64,000 nt of DNA from Patescibacteria group bacterium (lineage in GTDB: Bacteria; Patescibacteriota; Patescibacteriia; JAZDEU01), in contig JBHPIX010000001.1 of NCBI GenBank assembly GCA_042568285.1, positions 539-64,538 of the forward strand, written 5' to 3'. The first letter of the stretch is position 1. Each line of letters opens with the position of its first letter. The notes below the pieces were generated by a model, which worked only from the letters and a program-made list of their open reading frames with translations, had not been told where the DNA came from and did not search any database. Positions 20,384-29,384 of this stretch are shown piece by piece. A program made the position numbers and the translations under genes.

Positions 20384-20666
20384 GCATTTTTAATGTGTCG
20401 CCATATTCTTCAATAACTTTGGCAACACCTTTTTTTATTTCTCCTTTAATTTTGTCAGTCAATTCATTATTCACAAGACCTTTTAACTCATCTCTGTGTA
20501 TGATATAAGCGCGTCCAACTTTTTCAGCCTTAATTTGGCCGTTTTGGATTTTTTTAAACACGGCAATACGGCTGATATTTAAAATATCAGCTAATTCTTT
20601 TACGGTATAATATTTTTTTTTAACGCCAGTATTAGGATTGTTAGCCATATATTTATAGGTTAACAT
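20370..20666 (-). CDS. HTH_17 / excisionase-type DNA-binding protein, putative antitoxin partner of Doc
   Basis: TVKELADILNISRIAVFKKIQNGQIKAEKVGRAYII; 14-nt overlap with doc; likely start at MANNPN. Confidence 0.5.
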   Translation of the reverse strand: MLTYKYMANNPNTGVKKKYYTVKELADILNISRIAVFKKIQNGQIKAEKVGRAYIIHRDELKGLVNNELTDKIKGEIKKGVAKVIEEYGDTLKMLGDE

Positions 20667-20697
20667 ATGTTAATTAAAAAGTCAATAATTAACATAA

Positions 20698-20728
20698 AAA
20701 TCCCGCTATTTTAGCGGGATTTTTATGA
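20698..20728. terminator. bidirectional terminator (aaaaatcccgctattttagcgggattttt)
   Basis: 7-bp stem with flanking A/T runs. Confidence 0.55.
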
Positions 20729-20910
20729 ATTTGGGGTCGGGTAGTGGATAGTATTAGAACTATATTGCAGAAACAAAGTAAATATATCTATATTCCTAAT
20801 TTGGTTTAAAATAAAATTTTACCCCACGCTACTACTCACTATATTAAAGTTTATAAAATTTAATCAATTTGGTCTAAATAAATAAACAAAAAAGGCAGAT
20901 TAAAAAATTT

Positions 20911-21939
20911 TTAATTAAAGCTATCAACAATACCGTCATCATCACCATAAAAACAAGACGGAGTATAATCGTGCCAACACCATTGCCAAGAAGTTCCATA
21001 ACCATAATTTGAAGGATTAGACGAATTTGGCACGCCTCTCCTATATTTCAACATATCAAGTGACATACCAATCCATATTTTATTATTCGCCAATCTTTCG
21101 CAATCATTTTTCCCCCATTCTGGATGTGCCTTGCAGATTTTTCCTGCTTTAGATTGTTCCCACGCTTTTTGTTCAGCCAATTCTTTCGCTTTTCTTTCTT
21201 CTTCCGCTTTTTTTTGTGCCTCAAGTATAGCCTGTTTTTTCTTTTCTGCTTCTGCTTTTTGTATCTCCATTTCTTTTTTTTGTTGTTCTTGTTGCTTTTC
21301 GCGCTCAACTAATTCTTCTTCTGTAAATATCCGATTAACCGTTATTGTTGCCTTAGACTCTTTTTCCCCATTTTTCGCAGAGAAAACAAAATTATTCTGT
21401 TCATTAAATAATTCTAATAGATATTCAAAATCGCCATCTATTGTCGCAATGGTTATGCCGTTAAAAATTATTTGTGATTTTTTAGGGCTAACTTTTCCTT
21501 TAATTGTAATACTTTCTGCTTGTATAGAAAAATTATTTTCGGGTTCAATAATCGTTATTTTAGGAGCGCGTGTAATATAATTTTTAATTCCAACGACAAC
21601 AACGAAAAAAACGATAATAACACCTATACTAATCAACTTTTTTTGTCTATTTAATTTTGTTTTTTTCCAAACAAGCCAAATTAAAAGGAGAGGCAAGGTA
21701 AAATACCAAAAAAATATGGTAGCAATAATAAAGGCAATCCACATTATAATTTTTAAATCTTTATCCCGCTTTTCTTTCTTTTCTTTATTTACAATATTGA
21801 GTGCATTTTTCCTTATATCTTCAAATTCTTGATCTGATACGACTGATTTTTTTAAATCACTCCCACAATGCTTGCATTTTATTGCTTCAATTTTTATGTC
21901 TTCAGCGCAAAACGGACATTTTTTAGTTTTATTTTCCAT
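20911..21939 (-). CDS. zinc-ribbon / TM / coiled-coil membrane protein, hypothetical
   Basis: CPFCAEDIKIEAIKCKHCG zinc ribbon, two TM helices, K/E-rich coiled coil. Confidence 0.4.
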   Translation of the reverse strand: MENKTKKCPFCAEDIKIEAIKCKHCGSDLKKSVVSDQEFEDIRKNALNIVNKEKKEKRDKDLKIIMWIAFIIATIFFWYFTLPLLLIWLVWKKTKLNRQKKLISIGVIIVFFVVVVGIKNYITRAPKITIIEPENNFSIQAESITIKGKVSPKKSQIIFNGITIATIDGDFEYLLELFNEQNNFVFSAKNGEKESKATITVNRIFTEEELVEREKQQEQQKKEMEIQKAEAEKKKQAILEAQKKAEEERKAKELAEQKAWEQSKAGKICKAHPEWGKNDCERLANNKIWIGMSLDMLKYRRGVPNSSNPSNYGYGTSWQWCWHDYTPSCFYGDDDGIVDSFN

Positions 21940-22000
21940 ATAGTTTTTTACATTTTTATTTCATAATTCACTTTTACATCGGTCGCTATTTATTGTTATA

Positions 22001-22618
22001 TTACCAACTTACACTATAATCTTTAAGAAATACCCAACCGCTGCCCCAAGAACTTGTGCCGTCAATATTATTACAATTAAAATTATCATTTTTTCTTTTT
22101 GATTTAATACCTGTATCTTCTTGTTTTGCAAATGATACAACACCTTTTACATCAATACAAACTTTTGTCCATTTTCCGTGCATTACTAAACTTTCTGTAA
22201 TATCCGTTCTGTTATCAGTTATCCCTTTGTCGTGCATTAACTTTGCTTTCTCTAATTCTATAATTCTTTTTTCTAATTCTTCTAAATAAGTATTATCGGT
22301 TTCTACTACCATTTTTTCAACTGGTTCTTTTGTGTTTGCGTTGGTTATACTTTTTAATTTTTCATCAATTATATTATTTATAATTGAAAAGTAAGGACTA
22401 AATTCAAATAAACTATTATTTTCTTTCCAGCCATATTTTTCAGCCCAATCTTTTAAATTTTTATTGTCCTCTAAATATGGATTTGGGAATGCTTTTTGTA
22501 AATCTGGTCTATTGTTCCAAACTTTAATTAGCTTATTATTAACATCAAACGCTTTTGCTGTTATAAAACTAAACAAGAATAGAACTACTACCAACGAAAT
22601 GATTTTAAATTTTTTCAT
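22001..22618 (-). CDS. secreted hypothetical protein
   Basis: N-terminal signal peptide; no known domain. Confidence 0.35.
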   Translation of the reverse strand: MKKFKIISLVVVLFLFSFITAKAFDVNNKLIKVWNNRPDLQKAFPNPYLEDNKNLKDWAEKYGWKENNSLFEFSPYFSIINNIIDEKLKSITNANTKEPVEKMVVETDNTYLEELEKRIIELEKAKLMHDKGITDNRTDITESLVMHGKWTKVCIDVKGVVSFAKQEDTGIKSKRKNDNFNCNNIDGTSSWGSGWVFLKDYSVSW

Positions 22619-22628
22619 ATTTTTTTTG

Positions 22629-22988
22629 TTATTGAATTATAACATAATTATATCCACATTTTGGACATCCTATATGTCTTGAATTAACTCTCCAAAGTGA
22701 ATAAATTATACCTACTGGAAAAAATAAAATCCAAAGAAATAATTCCATTAAAAAACTTCCTTTTGTTATTTTTTTTCCATTCCCTTCATACTTACAATTT
22801 GGACATTTTATGATTTGCATATCTTTTTTGTTAATTAAGTTAATAAATATATTATATGTTATTTTCGTATTCATATTTAACCATTCCGTAATCGTTGCCC
22901 CACTCCTGTTTTGCTCTTTCCATAATTTCTGGATATGCTGTTTGTTTGTTAATCCATTCATAATCCTCAACTTGATTTTCATATTCAT
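22629..22988 (-). CDS. small zinc-ribbon membrane protein (likely shorter, starting at MQIIKCPNCK)
   Basis: CPNCKYEG ... TM ... CPKCGYNY; track ORF overlaps the neighbouring gene 3' end. Confidence 0.3.
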   Translation of the reverse strand: MNMKIKLRIMNGLTNKQHIQKLWKEQNRSGATITEWLNMNTKITYNIFINLINKKDMQIIKCPNCKYEGNGKKITKGSFLMELFLWILFFPVGIIYSLWRVNSRHIGCPKCGYNYVIIQ

Positions 22989-23949
22989 ATTTAACCATTC
23001 CGTAATCGTTGCTCCATTCTTGTTTAGCTCTTGTCATAATCGCTGGATACGCTGTTTGTCTGTTAATCCATTCATAATCTTCAACTTGATTTTCGTATTC
23101 ATATTTAATCATTCCGTAATCATTGTCCCACTCTTGTTTTGCTTTTGTCATAATCGCTGGATATGCTGTTTGTTTAACAATCCAATCGTATGCTTCAGTC
23201 TGATTTTCTACCTCATAATTTACCATTTCGTAATCATTACCCCATTGTGCTAAAGCTTCTGCCCTAAAAATTTCTATTATCTTATCTCTGTCGCTCTTTG
23301 GTTCTATTATTGATACAGTTGGTGTAGGTTCTGGCGTTGGTGCTACTGTTGGTTGTGATGTTGGCTTTGTTGTTAGTATTGGTTTTATAATCGGTTTTGG
23401 TGTCAATACTGGAGTCGGCTCTGGTATTGGTTTTATTATTGGTGTTATTATTTTCTTTTTTGGTTCTTCAGCAACACTTTCATAAATTTGCTCTTTGTAT
23501 TTTTGAAAAATTGGAACTTTATTAAGGTCTTTATTAGTAATACCCAGTCCTTTTTCTCTCATAATCCTAAAAGCCTCATTTGGTCTGCTAAGATAATATC
23601 CTTTTAAATCTTCTGGATAAACATAATAAGCTTCTCCTTTACTTTCTACATCTAATAATATTTTACCAGCTAATCTTTCAGGAAAGGAAGAATTAAGATA
23701 TTTTTCTAATTCAATATGCTTTATTCCAAGTCCTAATTCCTGCATAATCTTAAAAGCGTCCGCAGGTCGTCCTAAATATGCCCTTTCTTGCGTGTCTGGG
23801 TCTATATACCACCCTTGCCCTTTATCTTCTACCTGTAATAAAATTTTACCTTTTAATCTACTTGATATATTTTGAGCATTAGAAAAATTGAAAGGAATTA
23901 AAAGTAAAATGAAAGTTAAAGTTGCTAACATTGTAAATTGTTTTTTCAT
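22852..23949 (-). CDS. secreted repeat protein (2 N-terminal + 4 C-terminal near-identical repeats, Pro/Thr-rich linker)
   Basis: signal peptide; four ~33-aa repeats AKQEWxNDYGMVKYEYENQVEDYEWI encoded by ~100-bp DNA tandem repeats. Confidence 0.5.
   Translation of the reverse strand: MKKQFTMLATLTFILLLIPFNFSNAQNISSRLKGKILLQVEDKGQGWYIDPDTQERAYLGRPADAFKIMQELGLGIKHIELEKYLNSSFPERLAGKILLDVESKGEAYYVYPEDLKGYYLSRPNEAFRIMREKGLGITNKDLNKVPIFQKYKEQIYESVAEEPKKKIITPIIKPIPEPTPVLTPKPIIKPILTTKPTSQPTVAPTPEPTPTVSIIEPKSDRDKIIEIFRAEALAQWGNDYEMVNYEVENQTEAYDWIVKQTAYPAIMTKAKQEWDNDYGMIKYEYENQVEDYEWINRQTAYPAIMTRAKQEWSNDYGMVKYEYENQVEDYEWINKQTAYPEIMERAKQEWGNDYGMVKYEYENNI
22860..23250. repeat. tandem ~99-bp DNA repeat x4 inside CDS
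   Basis: near-identical blocks starting ttcgtattcatatttaaccattccgtaatcgttgc. Confidence 0.8.
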
Positions 23950-24157
23950 AGTTTTTTATAATAGCTTAATTTTGGTTATTACTGGCGGAAAATATAAAGC
24001 CCGCCGCCAGCGATGGCTTACACCACCCATATTCCTTTCGGAATATGACCTGCTACAGGTGCTCTGACGACGAGCTTTCTATCCTGTAGCAGGTTTTTTT
24101 GCCATACCTCGCAGATTGACTACGAGGGTTAGGCAATTAAATTGTTAATGGTTTATG

Positions 24158-24376
24158 TTATTTTTTTTGATTTATCAATTTTAGAATATCTTCCTTTTTA
24201 TACCGCATTACTCTTTTAATTCCAATACGAATAGCTTGAAATATTCCTTTTTTATCCCATTGTCTTAAAGTGTTCGGATGGCATTTCAAAATATCACACG
24301 CCTCTTGCAGTGTGAGTAATTCTGGTATTTCTTGTTGATTTTTAGCTGTTTTTAGCATTGACTTTTTATCTAACAT
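24158..24376 (-). CDS. HTH_17 / excisionase-family DNA-binding protein
   Basis: LTLQEACDILKCHPNTLRQWDKKGIF. Confidence 0.55.
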   Translation of the reverse strand: MLDKKSMLKTAKNQQEIPELLTLQEACDILKCHPNTLRQWDKKGIFQAIRIGIKRVMRYKKEDILKLINQKK

Positions 24377-24410
24377 TTGATAACATTAGTATATAACAAA
24401 AATAAAAAAA

Positions 24411-25616
24411 TTGCAAATTAAATTACTATTACCAAAAATTACTATGACCCCAGAGGAAAAATTTAACCAAGAGGTTTGGTGGATTTTACAACGATTAAAG
24501 TATCTGGAAATCTCCTCAAAAAAGGGAGAAATCATCAATTTTATTATTGAAGCCAGACCCATTAGTCCCCCTAACGAACCATCACCAAGAGCTCAAGAAA
24601 GTGCCATTTTAAAGTTAGAGGAATGGCAAGCCATAAAAATACTTAACCAAAAAGTTAAATACGATACTTATGGAAAAGATTTTATTTATAATTTAAAAAT
24701 TTTACAACCAAAATTTGATGAGTTTTACAAAAAATATGAGGAAAAGTTAGAAAAAAATAGCCCCAAAAGAAAATTTTCCACTGAACAAGGCAATAAAACA
24801 ATTGCACAAGAAAATTTGGATTATACAGATACAGCTTCACGAAGAGCGTGGGAGAAAAAGTGGGACGCACTACAAGCAATATGGACTAACTACGAGAGTA
24901 GCAATAAACCAGATAATCTATTCATTCCTATTGAGCGATTGGCAATTAAAAATAGAACTGCCTTTGAGATAGATGGAATAATTGGCGGATTTCAAAAAGA
25001 GGGTTGTTTTAAGGATTGGCACAGAGGAACGGAGAATTATGAAATTAAAGATATAAACCATAATCAATTTGCTGAAAATTATAAAAAAACGGAACTTATT
25101 TACACTAAGTTTGCTAAAATTTATCAAGAAAGGGTTGGCGATAAAATATCTATAAACAATCAAGAAGAAAAATTAGAAAAAAGTAATAAAGAAAACTACA
25201 AAAATAATACTTTTCTACAATCAATTCATCTGATTACAACCACCTTAGAACCATCTGATGTTATATTTTTAGTGCTTGATAGAAACTTTAATATACCAAC
25301 AAGGTGTGCTGTAAAAAATTATAAAGGAACTCCTGCATATATAAAAAAATTATATGACATTGCTTATATAGCAGATGTTCCAAACAAAAAGGTTATTTAT
25401 GACAAAAAGTTGGCTGATAATATAAACAATGGATTATTTAGAAAAAGACCTATAAAGAAATTTATGAGAACAAATAAATTTAAAAAACCAACACTTGTTC
25501 AAAAATCAGAAGATAAAAAAACTTTAGTATTAAAAAATGAAATTCAGGTGGAAACAATCCTTGTAAAAAATATTCCACTCCAATATCAATATCTTTATAA
25601 AGACAAAACCAAATAG
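24411..25616 (+). CDS. hypothetical protein (401 aa), mobile-element cargo
   Basis: no recognisable motif; followed by terminator. Confidence 0.4.
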   Translation: MQIKLLLPKITMTPEEKFNQEVWWILQRLKYLEISSKKGEIINFIIEARPISPPNEPSPRAQESAILKLEEWQAIKILNQKVKYDTYGKDFIYNLKILQPKFDEFYKKYEEKLEKNSPKRKFSTEQGNKTIAQENLDYTDTASRRAWEKKWDALQAIWTNYESSNKPDNLFIPIERLAIKNRTAFEIDGIIGGFQKEGCFKDWHRGTENYEIKDINHNQFAENYKKTELIYTKFAKIYQERVGDKISINNQEEKLEKSNKENYKNNTFLQSIHLITTTLEPSDVIFLVLDRNFNIPTRCAVKNYKGTPAYIKKLYDIAYIADVPNKKVIYDKKLADNINNGLFRKRPIKKFMRTNKFKKPTLVQKSEDKKTLVLKNEIQVETILVKNIPLQYQYLYKDKTK

Positions 25617-25656
25617 TATACGAATACTATCAGTGCAATAAAATAGTCTTATACTA

Positions 25657-25685
25657 AAACCCGCTTATCTAAGCGGGTTTTTTAT
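25657..25685 (+). terminator. rho-independent terminator (aaacccgcttatctaagcgggttttttat)
   Basis: 7-bp stem + T-run. Confidence 0.65.
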
Positions 25686-25710
25686 TTATTCTCCGTCTGG
25701 TCAGTGAGAT

Positions 25711-26016
25711 ATGATAATTGTAAAAGTAAAACAATTAACCAAACAAAATTATATGAGCAAAAAATTACAAAACAATTTAGAAGACAATGGAGTGTTCGCT
25801 AATTATGATTTAGGCTGTGCCGCCGCTTTAGTAACGGCGAATTTTGTGTTGCTCACTTTAGACAGGGAAAACCCACGCAAAGTGAGATTTATTTTTCGCC
25901 GTGAGGCGGGAATTGAAAAGGTCGCAGATGACTTTTGGTCTGATCGTCTTGAGCAAAAGTCCCGTTCGTTTTGGGATAACATTAAAAATCTCAAGAACAG
26001 ATTATATTCGGACTAA
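25711..26016 (+). CDS. hypothetical small protein
   Basis: ORF only; overlaps alternative-frame ORF 25901-26224. Confidence 0.25.
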   Translation: MIIVKVKQLTKQNYMSKKLQNNLEDNGVFANYDLGCAAALVTANFVLLTLDRENPRKVRFIFRREAGIEKVADDFWSDRLEQKSRSFWDNIKNLKNRLYSD

Positions 26017-26224
26017 TAAATTTATGTTGTCGGACGAGCAAATTACAAAATTTCAGACGCTTTATAAAAACCGCTTTGGCAAAGAAATTAGCCGAGAGGA
26101 AGCGTATAAACAGGGTGCGAAACTCATCCGACTTGTTGAGTTGATTTATAAACCAATAACAGAACACGAGTATCAAAAATTACAGGAACGCCGTCAAAAA
26201 ACAGGCGAACTAAACATTAACTAA
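25901..26224 (+). CDS. hypothetical small protein
   Basis: ORF only. Confidence 0.25.
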   Translation: MRRELKRSQMTFGLIVLSKSPVRFGITLKISRTDYIRTNKFMLSDEQITKFQTLYKNRFGKEISREEAYKQGAKLIRLVELIYKPITEHEYQKLQERRQKTGELNIN

Positions 26225-26239
26225 ATTAACATTAAAATT

Positions 26240-28375
26240 ATGCAAGAATTACAAACCATTACAATTAAAGAATATCTTACACGCAAAGGTATTGCCTTTA
26301 GTGAAAGCGGAAAAGAACTTATAACTCACTGCCTATTTAACGGCTGTGATGAAGATAGCCGAAACAATGAAGCTCACCTGTATTTTCAGGCGGAAACAGG
26401 TCAATATAATTGCAAAAAATGCGGAGAAACTGGCAATATAATAACGCTCGCAAGACATTTAGGTGATGATATTAAGGATGTTGCGATTGATAGTTTTTCG
26501 GCACATAAAAAAGGGGCAATAAATCAACTAAAAGCCACTTATATTAACCCTGATATAGTCGCAAAGTGCCATAAAGAACTCCCAGAGCGTATCAGACGAT
26601 ATTTAAACAAAAGAGGGCTTACAGACGATTTTATAAGCGAATTTAAGCTTGGATATGGACAGTTTTATAAAAAATCGTGGATTACAATCCCTATTACAGA
26701 TATTGACGGCAATGTTTTGTTTTTTAAACTAAGGCAAGATCCTGATGACAAAGATAATCCTCATAAGCTTAAAGCTTATCCATCGGGAAGCAAGGCGACT
26801 ATTTACGGATTAGAGATGTTAAAAAATAATGAGGACATGATAATGATTTGCGAGGGCGAATTTGATAGATTGATTTTGTTAAAAAATGGAATACCTGCCA
26901 TTACTTCTACGGCTGGAGCTGGAACTTTTAAAGAGGGCTGGCTGGAAAATTTAAGCAAGCTTGAAAAAATATATATTTGTTTTGATAAAGATGAGGCGGG
27001 AGAGAAAGGGGCGGAAAAAGTAATAAAGGTAATGGCGGGAAAATTGCCAGAGGTTGCTATATATAAAACTACTCTTCCTGAACGAATGAATGAAGGCAAA
27101 GATATAACGGATTATTTTATAAAATATAACGGTACACCAGATGAATTAATCTATAAACTTTCAAAGCAGGTGGCTGGCAAAAAGCCCATTGATGTTTCAA
27201 AATTTACACCGCTTAAACTTGATGATATTATAAAGATATTAGGGCTTACAATAAAAAAAGATGAAGAAAATAAAATCGTAACTTTTTTATGTGAATTATC
27301 CGCTTATACGGAAAGCTCTCAGTTTAATATTAGTTTCAATGCTCCCTCATCAACTGGTAAAAGTTATATACCAACAGAAATAGCTCAATTATTCCCCGAA
27401 AAAGATGTTAAAGAAATAGGTTATTGTTCTCCAACCGCCTTTTTTCACGATGTAGGGGCATTTAACAAAGAACGGGAAGGGTATGAGATAGATTTATCAA
27501 GGAAAATATTGATATTTTTAGATCAACCGCATACAATGCTTTTAGAGAGATTAAGACCTTTGCTTTCTCACGATAAAAAGGAAATGCACCTAAAAATTAC
27601 AGACAAATCTCAAAAATCAGGTTTGAGGACAAAAAATGTTTTTATAAAAGGTTATCCATCGGTTATTTTTTGCAGTGCGGGTCTAAAGATTGATGAACAG
27701 GAAAGCACAAGATTTTTATTGCTTTCTCCCCAAACCGACAAAGAAAAAATTAGGGAGTCAATAATAGAGAGAATAAAAAAGGAATCAGACAATAGTAGTT
27801 ATTCGCAATGGTTAAATAGCGACTCAAGCAGAATAATGTTAAAAGAAAGAATTGAAGCGATAAAAAAAGAAAAGATAGAGCATATTAAAATTAAGAATCC
27901 GAAAATTATTGAAGAAAAATTTTTTAAAGGCAGAGATATTCTTAAACCAAGACATCAGCGAGATGTTGGCAGGCTAATATCTTTAATAAAGTCCATTGCT
28001 TTGCTTAATCTCTGGTTTAGGGAGCGAGAGGATAACATCATTATTGCTAATGAGGAAGACATAAGCGAAGCCGTAAAATTATGGGATAAAATCTCTGAAA
28101 GCCAAGAGTATAATTTGCCCCCATATATTTATCAACTTTATCAAGAAGTGATTATAACCGCATGGCAGGATCTAAATAATGGGAAAAATGGGATAAAAAT
28201 TGGGGTAAGTAGAAAGGATATAATGAAAAAACATTTTAAAGTATATGGGCGTATGATTCAAGATTGGCAATTAAGGCAACAAATTATTCCAATGCTGGAA
28301 ACCGCGGGGCTTATAACTGAAGAGAGGGATTCACAAGACAAAAGAAAAACATTAATTTACCCCACCACCCTTTAA
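26240..28375 (+). CDS. mobile-element primase / replication protein: zinc-finger + Toprim + P-loop (SF3-like) C-terminal domain
   Basis: CxxC...CKKCG zinc ribbon, Toprim ICEGEFD...CFDKDEAGEKGA acidic motifs, NAPSSTGKSY Walker A. Confidence 0.65.
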   Translation: MQELQTITIKEYLTRKGIAFSESGKELITHCLFNGCDEDSRNNEAHLYFQAETGQYNCKKCGETGNIITLARHLGDDIKDVAIDSFSAHKKGAINQLKATYINPDIVAKCHKELPERIRRYLNKRGLTDDFISEFKLGYGQFYKKSWITIPITDIDGNVLFFKLRQDPDDKDNPHKLKAYPSGSKATIYGLEMLKNNEDMIMICEGEFDRLILLKNGIPAITSTAGAGTFKEGWLENLSKLEKIYICFDKDEAGEKGAEKVIKVMAGKLPEVAIYKTTLPERMNEGKDITDYFIKYNGTPDELIYKLSKQVAGKKPIDVSKFTPLKLDDIIKILGLTIKKDEENKIVTFLCELSAYTESSQFNISFNAPSSTGKSYIPTEIAQLFPEKDVKEIGYCSPTAFFHDVGAFNKEREGYEIDLSRKILIFLDQPHTMLLERLRPLLSHDKKEMHLKITDKSQKSGLRTKNVFIKGYPSVIFCSAGLKIDEQESTRFLLLSPQTDKEKIRESIIERIKKESDNSSYSQWLNSDSSRIMLKERIEAIKKEKIEHIKIKNPKIIEEKFFKGRDILKPRHQRDVGRLISLIKSIALLNLWFREREDNIIIANEEDISEAVKLWDKISESQEYNLPPYIYQLYQEVIITAWQDLNNGKNGIKIGVSRKDIMKKHFKVYGRMIQDWQLRQQIIPMLETAGLITEERDSQDKRKTLIYPTTL

Positions 28376-28573
28376 CTCACTATATTATAAATAGTGAGTG
28401 ATACTGGGGGGATGTGGGAATAAAATACTAAATTTATGATTGGGAAATACTGGAAAAACAGGAAGATTAAAAATGTCGTTTTAAAATGATATTTTTGGCT
28501 AAAATTAGCTAAAATATAGTAATTAAATACAAAATTTAGAAAGCTTAATCTCTAATTATTTCGGTAAAATTAT

Positions 28574-29170
28574 ATGAGCAAAATAATAAAAGAAAATTGC
28601 AAGGAATTAAGTATTTATAGGTTAAAAGAATGGGGTTATTTTGAGGCTGGCTGGCGTAAAAACGGGGGAATTACTTGGACAAGCCCGAATGGAGATAAAA
28701 GTAATATTAGTTTTGTAGTAGATTTGGGAGAACAAAATGATATGTTTATAGAGGTAGATTATAGGGTAAAAAATTGGGGAGAGGATGAATGGACTAATAT
28801 AAAACAGAAATATCCGATCGTTGCGACTACTTGCAATTATGGAGGCGTAAGATATTGGTTTGAATGTTCAATTTATCATAATGGTGTTTATTGCGGACGG
28901 AGAGTGGCTAAATTGTATTTGGGAGCAGGAAGCAAGTATTTTGCTTGCAGGCATTGCTATGGTTTAACTTATCGTTCCCGATTAGAAGGATTTGCTTATA
29001 CTGCTCCCTATTTAGACGAATACGCTGAGAAAACAAAAAGGTGGTATTATAACGGGAAGCCAACCAGACGGCATAGGCAGTATATAAAGAAAGAAAATAG
29101 TATGATGAGATATTGGGCAAGGTTTTTATTTAAGGCAAATGAAAGAATGGACGGGAGAATAAATAAATAA
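28574..29170 (+). CDS. hypothetical protein (198 aa, Cys/His-containing)
   Basis: ORF only. Confidence 0.3.
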   Translation: MSKIIKENCKELSIYRLKEWGYFEAGWRKNGGITWTSPNGDKSNISFVVDLGEQNDMFIEVDYRVKNWGEDEWTNIKQKYPIVATTCNYGGVRYWFECSIYHNGVYCGRRVAKLYLGAGSKYFACRHCYGLTYRSRLEGFAYTAPYLDEYAEKTKRWYYNGKPTRRHRQYIKKENSMMRYWARFLFKANERMDGRINK

Positions 29171-29239
29171 ATTAAATAAAATAAAATAAAATGAGGTGAA
29201 TGAGTTGGCTAAATGAATTTTATGGTGTATAATATAAAT

Positions 29240-29340
29240 GTTGACCCACACATAAACTAATAACCGAAGGTTTTTGTTTTGTCGCCCCAAATGGGCGGTT
29301 CTGCCGATAAATACTACCTTCGGGAAAGTGTGTTGGGTCA
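29240..29340. promoter_or_regulatory. 100-bp imperfect palindrome (gttgacccacaca ... tgtgttgggtcaac with nested ccgaaggt...accttcgg) directly upstream of the serine recombinase; candidate att / operator site
   Basis: read directly; large serine recombinase att sites are typically int-adjacent imperfect palindromes. Confidence 0.35.
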
Positions 29341-29384
29341 ACCAGAACCGTCCTTTTGAGTTTTTATACAACTCTAACAATATG

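Noticed and set aside
22860-23250. Possible CRISPR array
   Set aside because: Repeats are ~99 bp, contiguous without unique spacers, and lie inside a protein-coding frame; no cas genes.
22810-23253. 147-aa plus-strand ORF
   Set aside because: Generated by the tandem 99-bp repeats on the antisense strand of a supported secreted-protein gene.
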